From an uncultured Ectothiorhodospiraceae bacterium (lineage in GTDB: Bacteria; Pseudomonadota; Gammaproteobacteria; UBA9214): a stretch of DNA of 64,000 nucleotides. Shown piece by piece: positions 28,022-38,619 of the stretch (positions are counted from its first letter, which is position 1; every line of letters begins with the position of its first letter). A model generated the notes under the pieces. That model was not told the origin of the DNA. It saw only the letters and a list, made by a program, of their open reading frames with translations, and made no database searches. The DNA is taken from assembly GCA_947258845.1 (NCBI GenBank), contig CAMYJZ010000002.1, positions 5,678-69,677 on the forward strand, in the 5' to 3' direction. The position numbers were made by a program, and so were the translations under genes.

Positions 28022-28330
28022 CTACGGTTGCGGAACCCGTTTCTGCAGTTCCAGCAATTCGATCACGAAGATCAGCCGGGCATTCGCCGGGATGATGTCG
28101 TCCACCGATCGCGCGCCGTATCCCAGTGCAGGTGGCAGCATTAGCAGCCGCCTGCCGCCCGGTTTCATTCCTGTCACCCCTTCATTCCAGCCTTGCATGA
28201 CCTTGTCTGTGCCAATGACAAAGGCAACCGGGTCGCGCCACTGGCGGCTATTGTAAATCTCTTTTCCCTTTCTGCCGCTGTCATCCAGCCAGCCGAAACA
28301 GAAAATTCCAAACTTATTGTTTTTAAACAT
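28022..28330 (-). CDS. FKBP-type peptidyl-prolyl cis-trans isomerase (short form)
   Basis: ORF 28022..28435. The ATG at 28330 (MFKNNK...) avoids overlap with the upstream gene. FKBP core VMQGWNEGVTGMKPGGRRLLMLPPALGYGARSVDDIIPANARLIFVIELLELQ. Confidence 0.7.
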   Translation of the reverse strand: MFKNNKFGIFCFGWLDDSGRKGKEIYNSRQWRDPVAFVIGTDKVMQGWNEGVTGMKPGGRRLLMLPPALGYGARSVDDIIPANARLIFVIELLELQKRVPQP

Positions 28331-28337
28331 AAATAAG

Positions 28338-28952
28338 TCAGAACGGCCAGAGGTCCCAGCCCCTGTCCAGCTCGTCCGCGCAGCGGGACAGCTGGGTGTG
28401 GTAGGTCTTGGCACGCGCGTCCACCTTGTTCGCAACCTGCTTCAGCCACGGCTTGCTATTATAGGTCTTGCGTTTATAGCCACCGTGGCCCTCATGATAG
28501 GCCAGGTACTGGTTATAGGCGTCCCACTTGGAGATGCCCAGCATTTCGTGAGTCATGTTGCCGTACCAGGCGATGAAGTCCACGGCATCGGCAAACTTGT
28601 CGCGATCCGCGCCGCGGTTGCCGGATTTTTCGATATACCAGTCCCAGGTCGAGTCCTTGGCCTGGGCATAGCCGTAGGCGGAGGAGATACGTCCCCAGGG
28701 GATCACCCAGAGCAGCCGGTCGCGCGGTGGCTTGGCATCATGCACGAAGCTCGATTCCTGGTAGATGATGGCCAGCTGAATGTGCACCGGTAACCCCCAG
28801 CGCTCGTAGGCCTTCAGGGCGTCGCGGTACCAGCCGCTCTTGTCAGCGAAGATCTCGCAGCTGTCGCTGAGGTCCTTGGGCGGATCGGTCGAACAGCCGG
28901 CCAGGCATGCCAGCAAAAAGGACAGACAAAGGGTGATCACAGGGTTCTGCAC
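28338..28952 (-). CDS. Lipoprotein with a lysozyme-like/SLT transglycosylase-type domain
   Basis: 204 aa. Lipobox LAGC. SLT-like AIIYQESSF...SAYGYAQA motif. Confidence 0.7.
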   Translation of the reverse strand: MQNPVITLCLSFLLACLAGCSTDPPKDLSDSCEIFADKSGWYRDALKAYERWGLPVHIQLAIIYQESSFVHDAKPPRDRLLWVIPWGRISSAYGYAQAKDSTWDWYIEKSGNRGADRDKFADAVDFIAWYGNMTHEMLGISKWDAYNQYLAYHEGHGGYKRKTYNSKPWLKQVANKVDARAKTYHTQLSRCADELDRGWDLWPF

Positions 28953-29083
28953 GCGGCCAGTTTAAAACGGCGTGCAGGCCGTTGACCAGCAGGGTGTGGC
29001 ATCGATTGCCTTTTATTGACGATGTCTGCAATGTACCTTGCGCCATATTGATAAGGCAGAAATCTAAGCGCGGAGTTGAGTCC

Positions 29084-29890
29084 ATGGAAAAGACAACTAT
29101 TTCAGAACTGGAACGACGGCTTGTCGAGGCGGCCGAGGCCGAGCTGCTGACGCGGTTCAACCGGGTCGAGGTCGAGGTCAAGGCTGACGGTTCGCTGCTG
29201 ACCGAGGCGGACAGCGCCATGCAGGCCCGCTTGCAGCGGGAGCTGGAGGAGCTGTTCCCGGAGCATGCCATGCTGGGCGAGGAGATGGATGCCGAGGAAC
29301 AGCACGGGCTGTTGAGCGGTGCCGGGCATGGCTTGTGGGTACTGGATCCCCTCGACGGCACCAGCAATTTTGCCAGCGGGATTCCCTATTTCTGCGTTTC
29401 ACTGGCTCTGCTGGTCCGGGGCGAGGTGCAGCTGGCACTGGTCTATGACCCGGTGCGCCGCGAGCTGTTTCATGCCCGGGCCGGTGCGGGGGCCTGGTTG
29501 AACGGGACGCCGCTGGGAGGTCGCCATCCCCTGACGCCGTTGCGACAGGGCATCGGGCTGGTCGATTACAAGCGCCTGCCCGGGGAACTGGCACGCCGCC
29601 TGGCGACTGCTGCGCCCTACAGTTCGCAGCGCAGTTTCGGGTCGGTGGCGCTGGACTTCTGCTGGCTGGCGGCCGGGCGCGTGCATGTCTACCTGCACGG
29701 GCGTCACGATCTGTGGGACTACGCCGCCGGGCTGGCCATCCTGCACGAGGCCGGTGGCTATTCGGTCACGCTGGAGGGCGTGTCCCGCCCGCCTATGAAC
29801 CTGGAGCCGCGATCAAGCGCCGCGGCACTGGACGCCGGCCTGTTCCGGGACTGGTGCGCGTGGCTGGGTATCGAGTCCCGCGGGGACTGA
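29084..29890 (+). CDS. Inositol monophosphatase family protein (SuhB/CysQ-like)
   Basis: ORF 28982..29890; ATG at 29084 (MEKTTISELE...). IMPase motifs VLDPLDGTSNF and WDYAAG. Confidence 0.85.
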   Translation: MEKTTISELERRLVEAAEAELLTRFNRVEVEVKADGSLLTEADSAMQARLQRELEELFPEHAMLGEEMDAEEQHGLLSGAGHGLWVLDPLDGTSNFASGIPYFCVSLALLVRGEVQLALVYDPVRRELFHARAGAGAWLNGTPLGGRHPLTPLRQGIGLVDYKRLPGELARRLATAAPYSSQRSFGSVALDFCWLAAGRVHVYLHGRHDLWDYAAGLAILHEAGGYSVTLEGVSRPPMNLEPRSSAAALDAGLFRDWCAWLGIESRGD

Positions 29891-29891
29891 T

Positions 29892-31283
29892 TCAGGGCTG
29901 GCGCAGGCAGTCCAGGGCCGCGCTCTTGTAGCATTGCGCCAGGGTCGGGTAGTTGAAGACGCTTTGCGCCAGCACGTCGACTGTGGCGTGGCAGTTCATG
30001 GCCATCTGGCCGACGTGGATGAGTTCGCTGGCAGACTCGCCGATGATGTGCACACCGAGAATGGTACGGTTGCCACGTTCCACCAGCAGTTTCAAAAAAC
30101 CGCGCTCGGCACCGATAATCTGGCCGCGGGCTGTCTGGTCGAAGCGTGCGCGCCCGGCCACGTAGCTGGCCCCGCGTTCCTGCAGCTCGCGCTCGGTCTC
30201 GCCCACGTAGGAAAGCTCGGGGATGGTGTAGATGGCCATGGGCAGCAGTCCGGCGGAGTGGGCGTTTTCATGGGCAAATGCGTGATTGACGGCGACCCGT
30301 CCCTGTTCCATGGCAGTGGAGGCCAGCGACGGCCGGCCCGCGAGGTCGCCGATGATGTAGATGTGGTGCCGGGCGGTCTGGAAGTTTTCGTTGAGGCGTA
30401 CCCAGCCGTGATCGTCGGCCACCAGGCCGGCGGCATCCAGGTCCAGGCCGGTGTAGTTGGGTTCGCGTCCCAGGGCATAGAGCAGTACATCCGACTCCAG
30501 GGTCGTGCCGTTGTCCAGGCTGGCGAGTACCCGCTCGCCCTCCCGGCGGATATCCTGTACCCGGGTTTGCATGTGCAGCTGTATGCCCATGTCCAGCAGT
30601 TCCTGCTCCAGCTCGTGCTGGATATCCTGGTCCAGGTAGGCCAGCACGTGTGCATGCGAGTCCACCAGCTGCACCTGTACCCCCAGCGGTGCGAACATGG
30701 TGGCGAATTCACAGGCGATCACGCCGCCACCGACCACCAGCAGCTGTTCGGGCAGGCGCTGCAGTTTTAGAATCCCGGTGGAGTCCAGCACCCGTTCCCG
30801 GTCGAACGGCACCTCGGCTGGGCGGCGTGGCCGGGAACCGGTGGCCAGGATGATGACGCCGGCACGCAGTCGGCTTGCCTCGCCGTCTGGCTGGTGTACC
30901 AGCAGCGTTTGGGGGTCGTGGAACGCGGCCTCGCCCGGTATCAGGGTCACGCCCGCGGCCATCAGCTGGCTGAGCAGCAGGCTTTCCTGGCTTGCGATGA
31001 CACGCTTCTCGCAGGCGAGCGCCTCGCTCATAAAACCGCTGGGTAGCCGGCCGCGGGTCTGCACGGCCTCGCGCATGCCGCGACCCGCAAAGCGCGAGGC
31101 CAGGTAGGCGGCCTCGCGCAGCGCCTTGCTGGGGATGGTGCCGGTCTGCAGGCTGACGCCGCCGAGGTAGGGCTTGCGCTCGATCAGGCCAACGCGCTTG
31201 CCCAGGGCGGCAGCCTGGAGGGCGGCACTCTGGCCCCCGGGCCCGGAGCCGATGATCAGCAGGTCGTAGTCGAAGGGTTCCAT
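29892..31283 (-). CDS. sthA: Soluble pyridine nucleotide transhydrogenase (Si-specific NAD(P)+ transhydrogenase)
   Basis: 463 aa. N-terminal FAD fold YDLLIIGSGPGG...GGVSLQTGTIPSKALRE, central NAD fold VVGGGVIACEFA, C-terminal dimerisation domain. Closely tracks SthA/UdhA over the full length. Confidence 0.9.
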   Translation of the reverse strand: MEPFDYDLLIIGSGPGGQSAALQAAALGKRVGLIERKPYLGGVSLQTGTIPSKALREAAYLASRFAGRGMREAVQTRGRLPSGFMSEALACEKRVIASQESLLLSQLMAAGVTLIPGEAAFHDPQTLLVHQPDGEASRLRAGVIILATGSRPRRPAEVPFDRERVLDSTGILKLQRLPEQLLVVGGGVIACEFATMFAPLGVQVQLVDSHAHVLAYLDQDIQHELEQELLDMGIQLHMQTRVQDIRREGERVLASLDNGTTLESDVLLYALGREPNYTGLDLDAAGLVADDHGWVRLNENFQTARHHIYIIGDLAGRPSLASTAMEQGRVAVNHAFAHENAHSAGLLPMAIYTIPELSYVGETERELQERGASYVAGRARFDQTARGQIIGAERGFLKLLVERGNRTILGVHIIGESASELIHVGQMAMNCHATVDVLAQSVFNYPTLAQCYKSAALDCLRQP

Positions 31284-31325
31284 GCAGGTTCCATTGTTGG
31301 TGTCAGTCGGGACGGCGGGTACTTT

Positions 31326-32447
31326 TTACCATTGTGCCGATTGTTTTTCGAATGCCGGGGAGGCGCTTTCTGTAAACGGGGCCGCCAGGGGTTCGCCGAT
31401 AAAGACGCCCTGGCCGGGCCATGCCACACTCTTCCAGTAGGCCTCGATAAGCGTCTCGCCGTCCAGGTAACGGTCGATGGCGATGTCGGGGCGGGGAAAT
31501 TTCTGCACGAAGGCGCAGGGTTCGACCACCGTGCCATAACTCCCGGAGGCACCGGCCTCCAGCCAGCGCAGGCTGCTCATCTGTTTGCTGCCGTCGAGTT
31601 TGCCCCCGACCGATGTCAGGTGGTCGGCCAGAGCGCCGGGCCGGTAGCCATTGGTGTCGATGTCATCGACCCGGGCGCGGCCGGTGAAATAGAACAGGAC
31701 ATCGGTGCGATGACGCAGGGCGTCCGCCTCGATGATCTTTATGCCAAACCGGTCGGACTGCAGCAGGGCGATGCCGGGGAAAAAACGGGCGCGCACGTTC
31801 CGTGCCCGGTCCCGGGTGCTGAGGAGGTAGGCGCTGCCGCGCGGCCGGGAACCGTCCGCGGCCATTCCCCGATCGATGAGTGACTGCACGGCGTCGAAGT
31901 CCGTCCCGGCCAGCAGCATGGCCGGGCGCCAGCCATGATCGTCGAAGGGACGCCGGCTGTCGCTGTTGAAATAGGGGCTGGCCCGGGTGGCCTTGCAGCC
32001 CTGGGCGCAGAAGGCCTCGTCGTAGCCGGCCGCGAAGGCGGTGGTGATGGACAGGCAAGCGACCCGGTAGGGCAGGGTCCAGGCCAGGGCATAGGCCTGG
32101 ACCGCGGCCGGGACCTGGCGGTTGACGTCCGCCATGACCGTCTCGAACTCGGTGCGCGGCATGACGGCACGTCCCGGGGTAAAGCGGACATGGATCAGGT
32201 TTTGCGCCGGGATCCGGCGTGTGTCGCGGTAATAGTCCGCAATACGTACGCTCAGCGGGTCATTGTCGTTGACCACAATGGCCAGCTGTTGCGCTCCGAA
32301 GGCAACGGTCGGATTGAACGCCGGTTCCTGCGGGCTGGTGGCGGCATTGCAGGCTGACAGCAGGAACAGGGCCAGCAGGCCGGGGACTGGCAGATTGCGC
32401 AGATTGATTGGAAAAGATCGCCGGGGTGACCCGGGTTGAGTGCTCAT
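31326..32447 (-). CDS. Hypothetical lipoprotein (signal peptide plus LSAC lipobox)
   Basis: ORF 31326..32483; signal start MSTQPGSPRRSFPINLRNLPVPGLLALFLLSAC at 32447. No family recognised by eye. Confidence 0.55.
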   Translation of the reverse strand: MSTQPGSPRRSFPINLRNLPVPGLLALFLLSACNAATSPQEPAFNPTVAFGAQQLAIVVNDNDPLSVRIADYYRDTRRIPAQNLIHVRFTPGRAVMPRTEFETVMADVNRQVPAAVQAYALAWTLPYRVACLSITTAFAAGYDEAFCAQGCKATRASPYFNSDSRRPFDDHGWRPAMLLAGTDFDAVQSLIDRGMAADGSRPRGSAYLLSTRDRARNVRARFFPGIALLQSDRFGIKIIEADALRHRTDVLFYFTGRARVDDIDTNGYRPGALADHLTSVGGKLDGSKQMSSLRWLEAGASGSYGTVVEPCAFVQKFPRPDIAIDRYLDGETLIEAYWKSVAWPGQGVFIGEPLAAPFTESASPAFEKQSAQW

Positions 32448-32558
32448 GTGACTGTTGAGGCCAGTGTGTGTCTCTGAATGCACCTCAAGACTAACATGGA
32501 AACAGCCAGTTACTGGCGGTGCCTATTACCTCAGGGGCTTCTACATCAATCGCGCTGG

Positions 32559-32588
32559 AAAAAAAACGGGTGGCCACTGGCCACCCGT
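32559..32588 (-). terminator. Rho-independent terminator for the PEP-CTERM gene (10-bp stem ACGGGTGGCC/GGCCACCCGT, 3-nt loop, T8 tail on the minus strand)
   Basis: 24 nt downstream of the minus-strand stop at 32612. A perfect stem followed by an A8/T8 run. Confidence 0.65.
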
Positions 32589-32611
32589 GATATTCATTAA
32601 GAAAGCGTGAC

Positions 32612-33400
32612 TTATTTGTTTCGACGCCGGCGTGCCACACCGATCAGGCCGATCAGGCCACTGCCGAACAGCCAGACGGCTGCGGGAACGGGTACGACGG
32701 TCGCGGTGAACAGCCAGTCACTGGCATAGATATGCTCCGGCCAGTAATCACCGCAGCTGTCCTTGTAAGAATCGAAACTGGAAACACACAGGCCATTAAG
32801 CTCAGGTCTGTGGTCAAGCCAGCCCCAGCCGGATAACCCGTCAAAGCCGCGGTGGCCTGCACCGCCTTCGTCGCCAAACTGGAAGCTCAGGCCGGAATCA
32901 TTTGCGTGGTCGCGCAATTCAAAAACGCCGAATGAACTACTCAGAACGCCAAAGTTCTGGTGATGAGCATTGACGAAGATATCATCTATACCCCCCTCGC
33001 CACCGGGCTGGGACAGGCCGACGTTGTATTCGAAGTGAATGTTCCATAATGCAGTTGTGCCACCCACGTAGGCGCCGGGATCCGGTGTGGTGTTGTCGTC
33101 CTCGCCACCGAAGGCAACGCCGTCGATGACAATCGTGCTGCCATCGTAAGTCAGCTTCATGGCGCTGTCTGCGTGGTCGAAGTCAAAGGTGTATTCCTCG
33201 TCGCTGTTGCCGGTTAGTAGACCATCCAGTCGCAGGCCGTAGAGGGGGGGTGCTTCATTACCGTCTGGATGGTTATGCAGGTTGTAAACTACGACCCCGG
33301 CCTCCGCAGAAACGGGGACAAGCTGCGCGAGGATCATGGCAAGTCCGGCCAGTATGGCAAAGAACGGCCCGTGATTTAGTGTCAATTGATTAAGCTTCAT
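32612..33400 (-). CDS. PEP-CTERM sorting-domain protein (putative exosortase substrate), Gly/Asp-rich secreted protein
   Basis: ORF 32612..33481; signal peptide start MKLNQLTLNHGPFFAILAGLAMILAQLVPVSAEA at 33400. C-terminus VPVPAAVWLFGSGLIGLIGVARRRRNK is the PEP-CTERM pattern (VPxP, TM helix, Arg-rich tail). Confidence 0.75.
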   Translation of the reverse strand: MKLNQLTLNHGPFFAILAGLAMILAQLVPVSAEAGVVVYNLHNHPDGNEAPPLYGLRLDGLLTGNSDEEYTFDFDHADSAMKLTYDGSTIVIDGVAFGGEDDNTTPDPGAYVGGTTALWNIHFEYNVGLSQPGGEGGIDDIFVNAHHQNFGVLSSSFGVFELRDHANDSGLSFQFGDEGGAGHRGFDGLSGWGWLDHRPELNGLCVSSFDSYKDSCGDYWPEHIYASDWLFTATVVPVPAAVWLFGSGLIGLIGVARRRRNK

Positions 33401-33771
33401 CGAGAATGCTCCCATTTTTTTAGCAATGGCAAGTAGATGCTCCTTAAGAAATATTATTGATTGCAAAATGTGCGCCATCATCGTCTGATGTCAGTAAACT
33501 CTCAATAAAACATAGAGATAGTTTTCTTGGCGGCGGTGCCGTCATCGTGTTTGTAAGTGTTTCTGTAATCGGACTAACACAGTCAGTCCGGGCTATATAT
33601 TTTTATCTATTTGATTTTTAATGTTATTTACAAATGATGGTACGGTGGTACCAGAGGCTGTGTGTCATGTAAAAAAAATCGACAGGCAAATTGGTCTTCT
33701 GGGTAATAGGGCGCCCATGGCAAGGGCGTCCCTATCAGTGGATTGATGGGGGTATGGAGAATTGTTCAGTT

Positions 33772-34830
33772 TCAGCGCTGTTCGGCGACAAAATCCACCA
33801 TCCGCTGGGTGGACTTGAGGGCCTGCTTGCGGATGTCTTCGGGGACGTGGATCTCGTTGTCGCCGTTTCTGAGCACCTCGGCGAGGTTGCGCAGGTGGTT
33901 CATGGCCATCCACGGGCAGTGGGCGCAGCTCTCGCAGGTGGCGCCCTCGCCGGCGGACGGGGCCTCCATAAAGACCTTGTCGGGGGCCGCCTGTTTCATC
34001 TTGTAGAAGATGCCATTGTCGGTAGCAACGATGAAGCGCTGGTTGGGCAGGCGCTGGGCGGCCTTGATCAGCTGGGTGGTCGAGCCCACCACATCCGCCA
34101 TTTCGATGACCGCCTCCGGCGATTCCGGGTGTACCAGGATGGCCGCGTCCGGGTAGCGCTCTGCCAGGTTTTGCAGGGCACTGGCCTTGAAACGTTCATG
34201 CACGATACAGCTGGCCTGCCACAGCAGCATGTCGGCACCGGTTACCCGCTTGACGTAACTGCCAAGGTAGCGGTCCGGTGCCCAGAGGATCTTCTCGCCC
34301 TTGTCCTTGAGGTGATTGACCACATCGACGGCGATGCTCGAGGTGACCACCCAGTCGGCACGCGCCTTCACTGCGGCACAGGTGTTGGCATAGACCACGA
34401 CCGTGCGCTCCGGGTGGGCATCGCAGAAGGGGATGAACTTTTCCGGCGGACAGCCCAGGTCCAGCGAGCATTCGGCCTCCAGCGTGGGCATCAGCACCCG
34501 TTTCTCCGGGTTGAGGATCTTGGCGGTCTCGCCCATGAAGCGTACCCCGGCCACCACCAGGGTGCTGGCCGGGTGGCGGTTGCCGAAGCGCGCCATCTCG
34601 AGCGAGTCGGCGACGGTGCCGCCGGTCTCGTCGGCGATCATCTGCAGGTCCTCGTCGGTGTAGTAATGGGCAACCAGGACCGCGTCTTTTTCCCGCAGCA
34701 GCTGCCTGATTTCATCGATCAGGGCCTCGCGCTCGCCGGGGCCATACTCCGGCCGGGCGATGCTCCCCGGTAGCGGGTAAGCGGGGTTCACCGGGATCGG
34801 TGCGAGTGGTTCTGCGTCTGGCTGTTTCAT
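33772..34830 (-). CDS. nadA: Quinolinate synthase A
   Basis: ORF 33772..35046. The internal start [21 protein letters not shown]... (34830) aligns with the E. coli NadA N-terminus. Later blocks such as [31 protein letters not shown] and WMAMN are near-identical. Confidence 0.9.
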   Translation of the reverse strand: MKQPDAEPLAPIPVNPAYPLPGSIARPEYGPGEREALIDEIRQLLREKDAVLVAHYYTDEDLQMIADETGGTVADSLEMARFGNRHPASTLVVAGVRFMGETAKILNPEKRVLMPTLEAECSLDLGCPPEKFIPFCDAHPERTVVVYANTCAAVKARADWVVTSSIAVDVVNHLKDKGEKILWAPDRYLGSYVKRVTGADMLLWQASCIVHERFKASALQNLAERYPDAAILVHPESPEAVIEMADVVGSTTQLIKAAQRLPNQRFIVATDNGIFYKMKQAAPDKVFMEAPSAGEGATCESCAHCPWMAMNHLRNLAEVLRNGDNEIHVPEDIRKQALKSTQRMVDFVAEQR

Positions 34831-34976
34831 TGCAGTGGTTACCCGGGGTTGCGGCATTCGTGACCTACAATTATACAACTTCCTGTTTTGTCTAAATATA
34901 GCCTGCCGACTGCGGGAATTGCTGCGGCCCCGCGGGTGCCGCCCGGGGCGGGCGCAGGGCGGGGTTGGGGCAGGGC

Positions 34977-35348
34977 TCAGTCGGCGATCAGGTCCAGGTA
35001 GCCTTGGGCCTCCGCATCCCCGTGGTCGGCGGCCAGCCGGAACCACTTCGCGGCCTCCTCGAGGTCACGCTCAACGCCCTGCCCATGGTAGTACATCATG
35101 CCCAGGTTGGTCTGGGCATCCGGAAAGCCCTGTTCGCCGGCCCTGCGGTACCAGTCGGCGGCAGCGTACAGGTCCTGGTCGACGCCCGCGCCTTCATCAA
35201 ACAGGACACCGATGTTGTACTGGGCCTCGACATCACCCAGTTCCGCCAGGGGCAGCCATTCCTTGTAGGCTGTCTGGTAGTCGCCTTGCAGATAGGACTG
35301 GTAACCACCTCCGAGGATGGTCCAGGTGGGCATGCCGGACATCAACAT
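34977..35348 (-). CDS. Sel1-repeat (SLR/TPR-like) protein
   Basis: 123 aa. Three Sel1-like repeats ([18 protein letters not shown]..., [33 protein letters not shown]..., [17 protein letters not shown]). Confidence 0.65.
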   Translation of the reverse strand: MLMSGMPTWTILGGGYQSYLQGDYQTAYKEWLPLAELGDVEAQYNIGVLFDEGAGVDQDLYAAADWYRRAGEQGFPDAQTNLGMMYYHGQGVERDLEEAAKWFRLAADHGDAEAQGYLDLIAD

Positions 35349-35567
35349 TGCCCCGGGGTTTCGTGATGGGTGTGCATCAGGAGATTCTAATGACTTTATG
35401 ACTGTCCTGTATAGCCATAGATGGGTAGTCTTTCTACAATAAGTGAAAGGACAGTGCGCAGCTTGCCGGTACGCTGCGAATTACCGATGCAGGGGCGCAT
35501 CGGTGCAAATCGATGCCAATACGACAGGATGCCGGATCCGGCATCGATAATTAACGGGGGCAGATTG

Positions 35568-36614
35568 ATGTTGCCGCGCCGAAGCAGGTTAACAGGGGTA
35601 TGGTGTTTTTTGCTGTGTGCGCTGCTGTCGACGCGCGCGTTCGGCGTTGCCGATAACGATTCCCTGGTATTCGATGACCGGCCGCTCGAGGAGCCGCTGG
35701 CCTTCCCCGATTGGTTCAAGCTCAGTTTCCTCGATTTTCGCGAGGATCTGGAAGAGGCGCTCGATTCGGGCAAGGACGGCTTGCTGGTCTATTACGGCCA
35801 GAAATACTGCGCCTATTGCAAGCAATTCCTGGAAAAGGACCTTGCCAAAGAGGACATCCAGACCTATACGCTGGAGCGTTTCGATGTCATCGGCATCGAT
35901 ATTCACGGTGATCGTACCGTCGTCGATCCGGCCGGAATGGAGATGACCGAGCGTGAACTCGCTGTCCGGGAAGAGACAAACTTTACCCCTTCGGTGGTTT
36001 TCTACGACAGCGAGGGCAAGGAGGTCCTGCGCCTGCGGGGTTATTACCCGCCCTACCGTTTCCGCGCGGCACTGGAGTATGTCGCGGATGACCACTACAG
36101 GAACGAGTCGTTCAGGGAATACCTGGGGCGCGCGGACGTGCCACTGGTGTTCGAGCCGGGCGACCTGATCGAAGAGCCTTTCTTCATGCCTGGCCCGATG
36201 ATGCTCGATCGGAGCCGGATAAGGGGCGAACGCCCGCTGGTGGTGTTCTTCGAGCAGGGCAGTTGCCATGCCTGCGATGTCCTGCACAGCGGCCCGCTCG
36301 CCGATCCCGAGATTCGCCAGCGCATCACCCGGCTCGAGAGTGTGCAGTTGTCCTACTGGAGTGATACGCCCGTGGTGACCCCGGCCGGCGAGCGCACCAG
36401 CGCAAAGAAATGGGCGGAATCACTGGGGCTGTTCTATACCCCGACCCTGATTATCTTCGATGAACAAGGTCTCGAGATTATTCGCGTTGACTCGGTTGTG
36501 CAGTTCTACCGGCTGCGCAATATTCTCGATTATGTGCTGATGGAAGGGTACCGCGATTACCCCAACTTCCAGAGCTGGCGCGCCTCGCGCAACCCGAGGC
36601 TGTATCTGAAATAG
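35568..36614 (+). CDS. Secreted thioredoxin-fold protein with two tandem Trx-like domains (CAYC and CHAC motifs)
   Basis: ORF 35421..36614; signal peptide start MLPRRSRLTGVWCFLLCALLSTRAFGVA at 35568. Two CxxC motifs (YCAYCKQF; GSCHACDV). Confidence 0.7.
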   Translation: MLPRRSRLTGVWCFLLCALLSTRAFGVADNDSLVFDDRPLEEPLAFPDWFKLSFLDFREDLEEALDSGKDGLLVYYGQKYCAYCKQFLEKDLAKEDIQTYTLERFDVIGIDIHGDRTVVDPAGMEMTERELAVREETNFTPSVVFYDSEGKEVLRLRGYYPPYRFRAALEYVADDHYRNESFREYLGRADVPLVFEPGDLIEEPFFMPGPMMLDRSRIRGERPLVVFFEQGSCHACDVLHSGPLADPEIRQRITRLESVQLSYWSDTPVVTPAGERTSAKKWAESLGLFYTPTLIIFDEQGLEIIRVDSVVQFYRLRNILDYVLMEGYRDYPNFQSWRASRNPRLYLK

Positions 36615-36641
36615 CCGACGGATGCGTGTTTTCGGCGGGAC

Positions 36642-37862
36642 TCAGTTGCCCTGCCAGCGCTTGAAGACCAGGGTGGCGTTGGTGCCGCCGAATCCGAAGC
36701 TGTTGGACATGACGGTATTCAGGCCCGGACTGGCTCGCAGTTCCCGCACGATCGGGAAGTCGACACTGGCCGGGTCCGGTTCGGTGATATTTGCCGAGGC
36801 GCTGATGAAATCCTCGTTCATCATCAGCAGCGAGAAGATGGCCTCGTGGACGCCGGCAGCACCCAGGGAGTGACCGGACAGGGACTTGGTGGAACTGATC
36901 AGTGGTATGTCCTTTCCGAATACGTTACGCACGGCTTCCAGTTCGCGCATGTCGCCGACCGGCGTGCTGGTGCCATGGGCATTGATATAGTCGATCGGTG
37001 TGTCAACGGTCGTCATGGCCTGCTGCATGCAGCGCACTGCACCTTCGCCGGAAGGCTGTACCATGTCATAACCGTCGGAGGTCGCCCCGTAGCCGGCCAG
37101 CTCGGCGTAGATTTTCGCGCCGCGTTTGCGGGCGTGTTCGAGTTCCTCGAGCACCACCATGCCGCCACCACCGGCAATGACAAAACCGTCGCGGGTCGTA
37201 TCGTAGGGTCGTGATGCCGTGGCCGGTGCGTCGTTGTACTTGGAAGACAGGGCACCCATGGCGTCGAACATCAGTGTCAGCGTCCAGTGCAGTTCCTCGC
37301 CGCCACCGGCGAACACTATGTCCTGTTTGCCGAACTGGATCAGCTCATAGCCGTTGCCGATACAGTGCGCGCTGGTCGAGCAGGCGGAACTGATGGAATA
37401 GTTCACGCCAAGAATCTTGAAGGGGGTGGCCAGGCAGGCCGAGTTGGTGCTGGACATGGTGCGCGGCACCATGTAGGGACCGACGCGGCGGATGCCTTTT
37501 TCCCTGAGCAGGTCTACCGCCAGCGCGACATTCTCAGTCGATGCCCCGCCGGAACCGGCGATCAGGCCGGTGCGCGGGTTGGAAACCATGTCCTCGGCGA
37601 GGCCGGAATCCTCTACGGCCTCCTTCATCGCAATATAGTTGTAGGCCGCGCTGTTGCCCATGAAGCGCCGCAGCTTGCGGTCGATGTTCGCTTCCAGGTC
37701 GATATCGACAGTGCCGGCAATATGGCTGCGAAAACCGAGTTCTTCGTACTCCGGTACGAATTCGATGCCGGAACGTCCCTGCCTCAGCGAGTCGGTGACT
37801 TCCTGCTTGTTGGTGCCAATACTCGAGACGATACCCAGTCCGGTTACAACAACACGACGCAT
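36642..37862 (-). CDS. fabB: 3-oxoacyl-ACP synthase I (KAS I)
   Basis: ORF 36642..37964; start [16 protein letters not shown] at 37862. Active-site [12 protein letters not shown]; ~60% identity by eye to E. coli FabB along the full length. Located downstream of fabA. Confidence 0.9.
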   Translation of the reverse strand: MRRVVVTGLGIVSSIGTNKQEVTDSLRQGRSGIEFVPEYEELGFRSHIAGTVDIDLEANIDRKLRRFMGNSAAYNYIAMKEAVEDSGLAEDMVSNPRTGLIAGSGGASTENVALAVDLLREKGIRRVGPYMVPRTMSSTNSACLATPFKILGVNYSISSACSTSAHCIGNGYELIQFGKQDIVFAGGGEELHWTLTLMFDAMGALSSKYNDAPATASRPYDTTRDGFVIAGGGGMVVLEELEHARKRGAKIYAELAGYGATSDGYDMVQPSGEGAVRCMQQAMTTVDTPIDYINAHGTSTPVGDMRELEAVRNVFGKDIPLISSTKSLSGHSLGAAGVHEAIFSLLMMNEDFISASANITEPDPASVDFPIVRELRASPGLNTVMSNSFGFGGTNATLVFKRWQGN

Positions 37863-37872
37863 GACGAGTTCC

Positions 37873-38424
37873 CTAAAAATTATCTGTGGATGTGAACAGG
37901 CCGACACGCAGGCCGGCGGCCATATAGATATCGCGGCCATCAACTGAAACGACGCCATCCGCAATGCCCATGTTGAGCTTGCGCTGGATCACGCGCTTCA
38001 TGTCAATACGGTAGGTTACAAGTTTGTTTTTGGGTGTGACCTGGCCGGTGAACTTCACTTCGCCCGCGCCCAGGGCGCGTCCGCGGCCGGGGGCGCCGTT
38101 CCAGCCAAGGTAGAAGCCGACCAGTTGCCACATGGCATCCAGTCCCAGGCAGCCCGGCATGACGGGGTCGCCCTCGAAATGGCACTGGAAAAACCAGAGT
38201 TCCGGTTTGATGTCCAGTTCCGCGATGATTTCGCCCTTGTCGTAGGTGCCGCCCTGATCGCTGATACGGGTGATCCTGTCGAACATCAGCATGGGGGGCA
38301 GCGGCAACTGGGCATTGCCTGCACCAAACATCTCGCCGCGTCCGCACTCCAGCAGCTCCTCGTAGGTGTACCTGCCCTGTTGTGGACGTGATGGTGGAAC
38401 CGGTGTCCGGGTGGATTGTGTCAT
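37873..38424 (-). CDS. fabA: 3-hydroxydecanoyl-ACP dehydratase/isomerase
   Basis: 183 aa. [34 protein letters not shown] is nearly identical to the FabA active-site region. Confidence 0.95.
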   Translation of the reverse strand: MTQSTRTPVPPSRPQQGRYTYEELLECGRGEMFGAGNAQLPLPPMLMFDRITRISDQGGTYDKGEIIAELDIKPELWFFQCHFEGDPVMPGCLGLDAMWQLVGFYLGWNGAPGRGRALGAGEVKFTGQVTPKNKLVTYRIDMKRVIQRKLNMGIADGVVSVDGRDIYMAAGLRVGLFTSTDNF

Positions 38425-38619
38425 GCCTGCGGCGTATGCCCCGTATTTGGGTGAAGGGTGGGTATTCTAGTCTACTTTGAGGCCAGTCTGAATAGCTGTC
38501 GTTAACCGGGATCGCTTGACGGCAGCCAACAAGCCCTGCAGTGCGGCAGCACCAGCGAATACCATGTCGCGCCGGATACCTGCCCGGGGGCGCTGATTCC
38601 CGTCCGGACCGGGTTCGGC

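Noticed and set aside
28331-28435. Longer FKBP start at 28435
   Set aside because: It would overlap the upstream SLT-lipoprotein gene by ~100 bp, and the extra N-terminus does not resemble FKBP beta-1. The ATG at 28330 is preferred.
33691-34773. 360-aa plus-strand ORF
   Set aside because: Antisense to nadA, which is near-identical to E. coli NadA over its full length.
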